Source: Candidatus Limnocylindrales bacterium (GTDB taxonomy: Bacteria > Chloroflexota > Limnocylindria > Limnocylindrales > CSP1-4). Taken from it: 59,756 nt of DNA. Below, piece by piece: positions 54,803 to 59,756 of the stretch. Each line of letters begins with the position of its first letter. Position 1 is the first letter of the stretch. The position numbers and the translations under genes were made by a program. The stretch covers positions 1 to 59,756 of the forward strand of contig JBBQVJ010000001.1 in assembly GCA_038211705.1 (NCBI GenBank), in the 5' to 3' direction. Under the pieces are notes generated by a model. The model did no database searches, was not told the DNA's origin, and saw only the letters and a program-made list of their open reading frames with translations.

Positions 54803-55198
54803 TCAGATGAGCGGCGCCTCGGAGAAGCCCGCGTCGCGGGCGTCGTCGAGCTCGATCCGGTTGCCGAATGGGTCGCGGACGTAGCAACGGCGCAGCCGGA
54901 TACCGGAGTCGTCCTCCTCGATCGGCACACCAGCAGCGATGAGGACCTCGCGGACCGATGTCAGGTCGCGCACGATCAGGGCCGGGTGAGCCTTCGTATG
55001 TGGCCGGAAGTCATCCTCCGGAGCGAGGTGGATGGCCGTATCGGGTCCGGCGAACCAACAGCCGCCGTGGACGGCGAGTTCCGGTGGCTTTGGCACCTCC
55101 CGAAGCCCGAGGAGTTCGCCGTAGAACGCCCGGGCGGCGTCCTCGCCGCCGGGCGGCATCGAGAGCTGGACGTGGTCGATGCCGACGATCTCGATCAT
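54803..55198 (-). CDS. VOC (glyoxalase/bleomycin-resistance/dioxygenase) family protein
   Basis: GIDHVQLSMP..AFYGELLGL..HPALIV..YVRDPFGNRIEL. ATGA overlap with the upstream primase-polymerase gene. Confidence 0.8.
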   Translation of the reverse strand: MIEIVGIDHVQLSMPPGGEDAARAFYGELLGLREVPKPPELAVHGGCWFAGPDTAIHLAPEDDFRPHTKAHPALIVRDLTSVREVLIAAGVPIEEDDSGIRLRRCYVRDPFGNRIELDDARDAGFSEAPLI

Positions 55199-56796
55199 GA
55201 CGCCGACCTGGGCTGCTTCGATCTCATCGGCTTCTTGGACTCCTTCGGCGTCTTCGATTCGGGCGTCTTCGACTCGGTGGCGTTTGATTCGGGTGCCTTC
55301 GCCTCGGTGGCCTTCGGTTCGGTGTCCTTCGGCTTCGACGCGGGTCGCCGTGCCCTCGAACCTGACGTCGCCGCCCTCCAGGCCTCGACGTCCTGGCCCG
55401 CCCACGGGTCGAAGTCGGACTCCAGTGGTTCCTGGTTGGGGCGCTGGTTCTCCGGCACGTGGATGAGGTTGACGCGGACGCGATACCAGACCGCGGATCG
55501 GCCGCGCATCCCATCGACCAGGATGTCGGCCGGCTCGAGATACTCGACGATCTCCGGATGCCGCGCCTTCCAGCGCTCGAGCCCGGCCATCGCCTCGTCC
55601 TTGAACTCGGCCCGGGCGATCTCGACCACGGGGATCGACGACTTGCGACGACCGGTCGGGGTCGGTCGCGAGCCGACCCACTCGGTCGGCAGACCCGCAT
55701 TCGGGTCGCCCGAGGCGACGGCCGCGGCGCGTTCGGCGGCGACATCGGGCGGCGGGCCGCCCGCCTGGCCCCGGCCCGGCTCGTATTCGGTCGGGGGACG
55801 GCGCGCCTTCGAGGGCTGCACGCGCGGTGGTTCGCCGGCCTGCTTGGCGTAGTTCGGCGGCCACGGCGCGTCGCCGATCCCTTCGGCCTCGTCCCTCGCG
55901 CTCAGCTCGAGCAGCGCGTCGAGCGACCCGACGGCCTGGTCGATGCCTGCCCCCGGGTCGCCGATCGATGCGTACCGGGCCGGGACCGTGGCGATCGTGA
56001 ACGCCTCGGCTTCGACGGTGGCGACCTCGTCCCAGGTCAGCGGCGTCGAGACCCGGGCGTCGGGCAGCGGCCGGACAGAGTACGCCGAGGCGACCGTCCG
56101 ATCCTTGGCGTTCTGGTTGTAGTCGAGGAAGACGCCGTGACGCTCCTCCTTCCACCACTTGGACGTCGCGAGGTCGGGCGCGCGCCGCTCCACGTCCCGG
56201 GCGAGTGCGAGGGCCGCCCGGCGAACCTCGGGGAACGTCCAGCGCGGCTCGATCCGGATGTTGATGTGGATCCCGCGCGAGCCCGACGTCTTTGGCCAGC
56301 CGACCAGCCCGACCGCCTCCAGCGATTCGCGCGCCACCAGGGCCACCTCGCGGATCTGCGACCACTCGACGCCGGGGACCGGATCCAGATCCACCCGCAG
56401 CTCGTCGGGATGGTCGAGGTCCTCGGCCCGAACGGGGTGTGGGTTGAGGTCGATGCAGCCGAGGTTGGCCACCCAGGCCAGCCCGGCCGCGTCATCGATG
56501 ACGACCTCGTCCGCGGTCCGCCCGGACGGGAACGTGAGCGTCGCGGTCCGGATGAAGGCGGGCACGTTCTCGGGTGCCCGCTTCTGGAAGAACGGCTGGC
56601 CGGCGGCGCCGTCGACGAACCGCTTGAGCGCCATGGGACGCCCGCCGGCCCCACGCAGGGCGCCGTCCGCCACCGCCAGGTAGTACTGGACGAGATCCAG
56701 CTTGGTGTAGCCCGTCTCCGGGAAATAGACCTTGCGCGGGTTCGTGACGGTCACCTCGTGACCGTTGATCTGGAGGATCTCCTTCTCGGTCGGCAT
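55195..56796 (-). CDS. LigD-type primase-polymerase (PolDom/Prim-Pol) with a long C-terminal extension and Lys-rich tail
   Basis: VTNPRKVYFPE..ALKRF..FFQK..DLDP..KTSGSRGIHI..DYNQN..SAYSVRP. The C-terminus ends in KPKDTEPKATEAKAPESNATESKTPESKTPKESKKP. Confidence 0.85.
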   Translation of the reverse strand: MPTEKEILQINGHEVTVTNPRKVYFPETGYTKLDLVQYYLAVADGALRGAGGRPMALKRFVDGAAGQPFFQKRAPENVPAFIRTATLTFPSGRTADEVVIDDAAGLAWVANLGCIDLNPHPVRAEDLDHPDELRVDLDPVPGVEWSQIREVALVARESLEAVGLVGWPKTSGSRGIHINIRIEPRWTFPEVRRAALALARDVERRAPDLATSKWWKEERHGVFLDYNQNAKDRTVASAYSVRPLPDARVSTPLTWDEVATVEAEAFTIATVPARYASIGDPGAGIDQAVGSLDALLELSARDEAEGIGDAPWPPNYAKQAGEPPRVQPSKARRPPTEYEPGRGQAGGPPPDVAAERAAAVASGDPNAGLPTEWVGSRPTPTGRRKSSIPVVEIARAEFKDEAMAGLERWKARHPEIVEYLEPADILVDGMRGRSAVWYRVRVNLIHVPENQRPNQEPLESDFDPWAGQDVEAWRAATSGSRARRPASKPKDTEPKATEAKAPESNATESKTPESKTPKESKKPMRSKQPRSAS

Positions 56797-56879
56797 GCCC
56801 AAAACGATACCCCTCGACAGGCGGCGATGACCGACCGATGATGCCGGGGCACGACCCACGAGACCCAGGGGACGCATCC

Positions 56880-58064
56880 ATGCTCAACCGTTCGGGATCG
56901 GCCGCTCTGGTCATCGCCGACATCACGGGCTACACGAGCTACCTTGCCGGCGTCGAGCTCGACCACGCGCAGGACATCCTGGCCGACCTGATCGATACAG
57001 TCGTTCGCTCGCTCCGGCCGAACTTCCGATTGGCCAAGCTGGAAGGCGACGCAGCGTTCACCTACGCCATCACCGACGCCGTGGACGCCTCGGCGCTGAT
57101 GGACACCGTCGAGCGGACCTATTTCGCGTTCCGGCGCCGGCTCCGCGACATCGGCCAGGCATCGACCTGCGACTGCAACGCCTGCACGCGCATGCCCAAC
57201 CTCGACCTCAAGCTGCTGGCCCACCATGGGACGATCCTGCGGCAGAAGGTGGGAAGCCGGATCGAGCTCGTTGGGAGTCCGGTCATCGTCGCCCACCGGC
57301 TGCTCAAGAACAGCATCACCGCGTCCACCGGGATCGCCGCGTACGCGCTGTACTCGGCCGACTGCCTCGCGGCCGCCGGTGTCGAAGATCCGACCTCGCT
57401 CGGGCTCGTCGAGCACCGCGAAACCTATGACCACCTGGGCGAGGTCGTCGGCTGGGTCGCCGACCTCGAGGCGGCGTGGCGTGCGGACCTGGACCGGACC
57501 CGTGTCATCGTCCAGCCCGATGCGGCGATGGCGACCTTCGAGTTCGATCTTCCGGCGCCTCCGGCGCTGGCCTGGGAGTACCTGACCTCGCCGGCACGCC
57601 GGTTGAACTGGCAGGCGGGCGCGACATCGATCGTCGAGGAGTCCGCGGCCGGCCGACGAGGCATCGGCACGACCAATCATTGCGTCCATGGCAAGGAGGC
57701 GGTCGTCGAGGAGGTCCTCGACTGGCGGCCACCGGACTACTTCACGATCAGGATGCAGGTTCCCGTCCCCGGCGCCCCGAAGATGCGCAGCACAGACGTC
57801 CTGACAGCGACCCCGCTCGGAACGCACGTGGAGATGCGCATCGAACGACCGCGATCCGCCCAGGAGCGCGGTTTCCTCGAGGTGCTTCTGCCACAGCTCG
57901 AACCGTCGGTCGTGGCCAGCTTCGAAGCCCTGCGACCGCTCCTCGCAGAGGCCATGGCCCAACGCGCGGCCGAGGACGACGCCGCACCGGAGCCAGGCGC
58001 GCCGATCTCGGCCGGCCGGTTCCTGGACGATCCTGTCGATTCGACCCCGATCCATTCGTCGTGA
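56880..58064 (+). CDS. DUF2652-like (nucleotidyl-cyclase-fold) domain fused to an SRPBCC/START-like domain
   Basis: ALVIADITGYTSYL..LAKLEGDAAF..CDCNAC..LKLLAHHG..VGSPVIVAHRL, then FEFDLPAPPALAWEYLTSP..HCVHG.. Confidence 0.65.
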   Translation: MLNRSGSAALVIADITGYTSYLAGVELDHAQDILADLIDTVVRSLRPNFRLAKLEGDAAFTYAITDAVDASALMDTVERTYFAFRRRLRDIGQASTCDCNACTRMPNLDLKLLAHHGTILRQKVGSRIELVGSPVIVAHRLLKNSITASTGIAAYALYSADCLAAAGVEDPTSLGLVEHRETYDHLGEVVGWVADLEAAWRADLDRTRVIVQPDAAMATFEFDLPAPPALAWEYLTSPARRLNWQAGATSIVEESAAGRRGIGTTNHCVHGKEAVVEEVLDWRPPDYFTIRMQVPVPGAPKMRSTDVLTATPLGTHVEMRIERPRSAQERGFLEVLLPQLEPSVVASFEALRPLLAEAMAQRAAEDDAAPEPGAPISAGRFLDDPVDSTPIHSS

Positions 58065-58110
58065 AAGCGATGGCCGCGATCTGCGACCTCATCAAACGCG
58101 GAGGTATGTC

Positions 58111-58503
58111 ATGCACTACGCCCTGTTGATCTACACGCCGGAACCGACCGAGGAGGTCCCGCAGGAACAGATCGCGGCGGAGATGGACCAGTACAACGCC
58201 TTCGGCCAGCATCTTCGCGACCGCAACGCCATGCTCGGAGGCGAAGCGCTCGATTCGACGGCGACGGCGACCACGGTTCGCGTCATCGACGGCAAGACGA
58301 TCACCACCGACGGACCGTTCGCCGAGACGAAGGAGACGCTGGGCGGTTTCTATCTGGTCGAGGCGGCCGATCTGGACGAGGCCATCGCCTACGCGGCGAT
58401 GATCCCGGGCGCGCGGCACGGGTGCATCGAGGTCCGCCCGGTCTGGGACTATGGCGCGGCCAGCGGAGCCGAGGAACCGGTCACGGCCACGGCCGGGAAC
58501 TGA
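58111..58503 (+). CDS. YCII-related (DGPF) domain protein
   Basis: YALLIY..TDGPFAETKETLGGFYLVEA.DLDEAI. GGAGG RBS. Confidence 0.85.
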   Translation: MHYALLIYTPEPTEEVPQEQIAAEMDQYNAFGQHLRDRNAMLGGEALDSTATATTVRVIDGKTITTDGPFAETKETLGGFYLVEAADLDEAIAYAAMIPGARHGCIEVRPVWDYGAASGAEEPVTATAGN

Positions 58504-58535
58504 CGACCGAGGCGACCGGGCCGCCAAACGCCTCG

Positions 58536-59756
58536 TTGACCGAGCCGGACGCCGCCCATGACGTCGTCGACCGACTGTTCCGCGAGGAGCAGGGCCGGGC
58601 GGTCGCGACCCTGATCCGGGTGACGGGCGACTTCGACCTGGCCGAGGAGGCCGTCCAGGACGCGTTCATCAGCGCCCTCGAGACATGGCCGCAACGCGGG
58701 ATCCCGAACAACCCCGGCGCATGGATCACGACGACCGCCCGCAACCGCGCCATCGATCGACTCCGACGGCGGCGCCGCCTGACCGAGAAGACCGAGAAGC
58801 TGGCGCGCGAGGCGACGCTCGACTCCGACCTGCGCGCGATGGACGCCGGCCAGCCAGAGGACGAGATGCAGATCGTCGATGACCGGCTGCGCCTGATCTT
58901 CACCTGCTGCCACCCCGCGTTGGCACTCGATGCGCGGGTCGCGCTCACGTTGCGCACGTTGGGCGGGCTGACGACGCCCGAGATCGCCCGGGCCTTCCTC
59001 GTGCCCGAGGTCACCCTGGCGCAACGCCTGGTGCGGGCCAAGCGCAAGATCCGCGACGCCGGGATCCCGTATCGGGTGCCGCCCGCCGAGCTCCTGCCGG
59101 AACGGCTGGACGGCGTGCTGCGCGTGCTCTATCTGGTCTTCAACGAGGGCTACGCGGCGTCATCGGGCGATTCGCTCATCCGCCACGAGCTTTGCGCCGA
59201 GGCGATCCGGCTGGGTCGGGTCGTGCAGTCGCTGCTCCCCGACGAACCGGAGGCGGCCGGGCTGCTGGCACTGATGCTGCTCCACGACGCTCGGCGCGAG
59301 GCGCGGGTGGGCGTCGGCGGTGAGCTCATCCTGCTCGACGACCAGGATCGATCGCGCTGGGATGCCGCTCGGATCGCGGAGGGTCGGGCACTGGTCGAAC
59401 GGACCCTGGCGACCCGGCGGCCGGGGCCGTACCAGCTCCAAGCGGCGGTGGCGGCTTTGCACGACGAGGCGGCGACCCCGGCCGACACCGACTGGACGCA
59501 GATCGCCACGCTCTATCGCGCGCTCCAGGCGATGGCGCCGTCGCCGGTCGTGGAGCTCAACCTGGCCGCCGCCGTGGCGATGGCCGACGGCCCGGCGGTC
59601 GGGCTCGCGATCATGGACGGCATCGCCACCTCGGGCGAGCTGGATTCCTACCCGTACTTGCACGCCGGCCGGGCGGACCTGCTCCGGCGACTCGGGCGCT
59701 GGTCGGAGGGAGAGACGGCCTACCGGCGTGCGCTGGAGCTCACCACGAACGGCCCG
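58536..59756 (+). CDS. ECF sigma factor with a TPR-like C-terminal extension (ECF42-type), 3' end outside window
   Basis: Not in the ORF track because there is no stop in the window. RLFREEQGRAVATLIRVTGDFDLAEEAVQDAF..AWITTTARNRAIDRLRR..LTLRTLGGLTTPEIARAF..AQRLVRAKRKI, then a ~200-aa helical extension. TTG at 58536 is inferred. Confidence 0.8.
   Translation, partial: MTEPDAAHDVVDRLFREEQGRAVATLIRVTGDFDLAEEAVQDAFISALETWPQRGIPNNPGAWITTTARNRAIDRLRRRRRLTEKTEKLAREATLDSDLRAMDAGQPEDEMQIVDDRLRLIFTCCHPALALDARVALTLRTLGGLTTPEIARAFLVPEVTLAQRLVRAKRKIRDAGIPYRVPPAELLPERLDGVLRVLYLVFNEGYAASSGDSLIRHELCAEAIRLGRVVQSLLPDEPEAAGLLALMLLHDARREARVGVGGELILLDDQDRSRWDAARIAEGRALVERTLATRRPGPYQLQAAVAALHDEAATPADTDWTQIATLYRALQAMAPSPVVELNLAAAVAMADGPAVGLAIMDGIATSGELDSYPYLHAGRADLLRRLGRWSEGETAYRRALELTTNGP

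Noticed and set aside
54721-54930. 5' extensions of the RR ORF (54034..54930) and of the kinase ORF (53072..54778)
   Set aside because: The receiver domain begins at ..RVLVVEVE and the kinase at MFARARLRL with its first TM. The upstream parts are Arg/Ser-rich and overlap neighbouring genes.
55199-56365. 5' part of ORF 54803..56365 overlapping the Prim-Pol gene
   Set aside because: It is out of frame with a gene carrying strong LigD PolDom motifs. Only the VOC domain from Met 55198 is credible.

Overview
Very GC-rich, gene-dense bacterial chromosomal window. The gene content looks Actinomycetota-like (inference): a PASTA Ser/Thr kinase, an MprAB/PepD-like RR-HK-HtrA operon, a stand-alone ATP-dependent ligase plus a LigD-type primase-polymerase, DUF3105/DUF4349/DUF5666-type envelope proteins, and YCII next to an ECF42-type sigma factor. 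I support about 60 CDS and one tRNA-Glu(UUC). I see no rRNA, CRISPR array, transposase or integrase. Housekeeping blocks are FAH-tdh-kbl, LacI+GH13, galU, folC-folP-folB and rplY/ctc. Unusual blocks: (i) at the left edge, PIN-toxin debris and an XRE-HTH protein fused to a PD-(D/E)xK nuclease-like core. (ii) A cell-surface locus headed by a two-component system: DUF5666-like protein, a hypothetical with an internal duplication, a collagen-like protein, a GT2, and a 1763-aa repeat adhesin with a non-LPXTG C-terminal anchor. (iii) Two homologous ~157-bp inverted-repeat (MITE-like) elements at 22.6 kb and 29.0 kb. (iv) A TCS-lipoprotein-ABC module whose ATPase gene carries an internal deletion. 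(v) A frameshifted NarL-type regulator. (vi) Several candidate regulatory palindromes and hairpins. No block can be shown from sequence alone to be a new biological system; the surface locus, the MITE-like repeat family and the HTH-nuclease protein are the best leads. Most long ORFs lying opposite or overlapping real genes are GC-driven shadow ORFs. Function calls rest on motifs read by eye from the translations, with no database searches. Coordinates of non-coding features were anchored on ORF-track frames and may be off by 1-2 nt.
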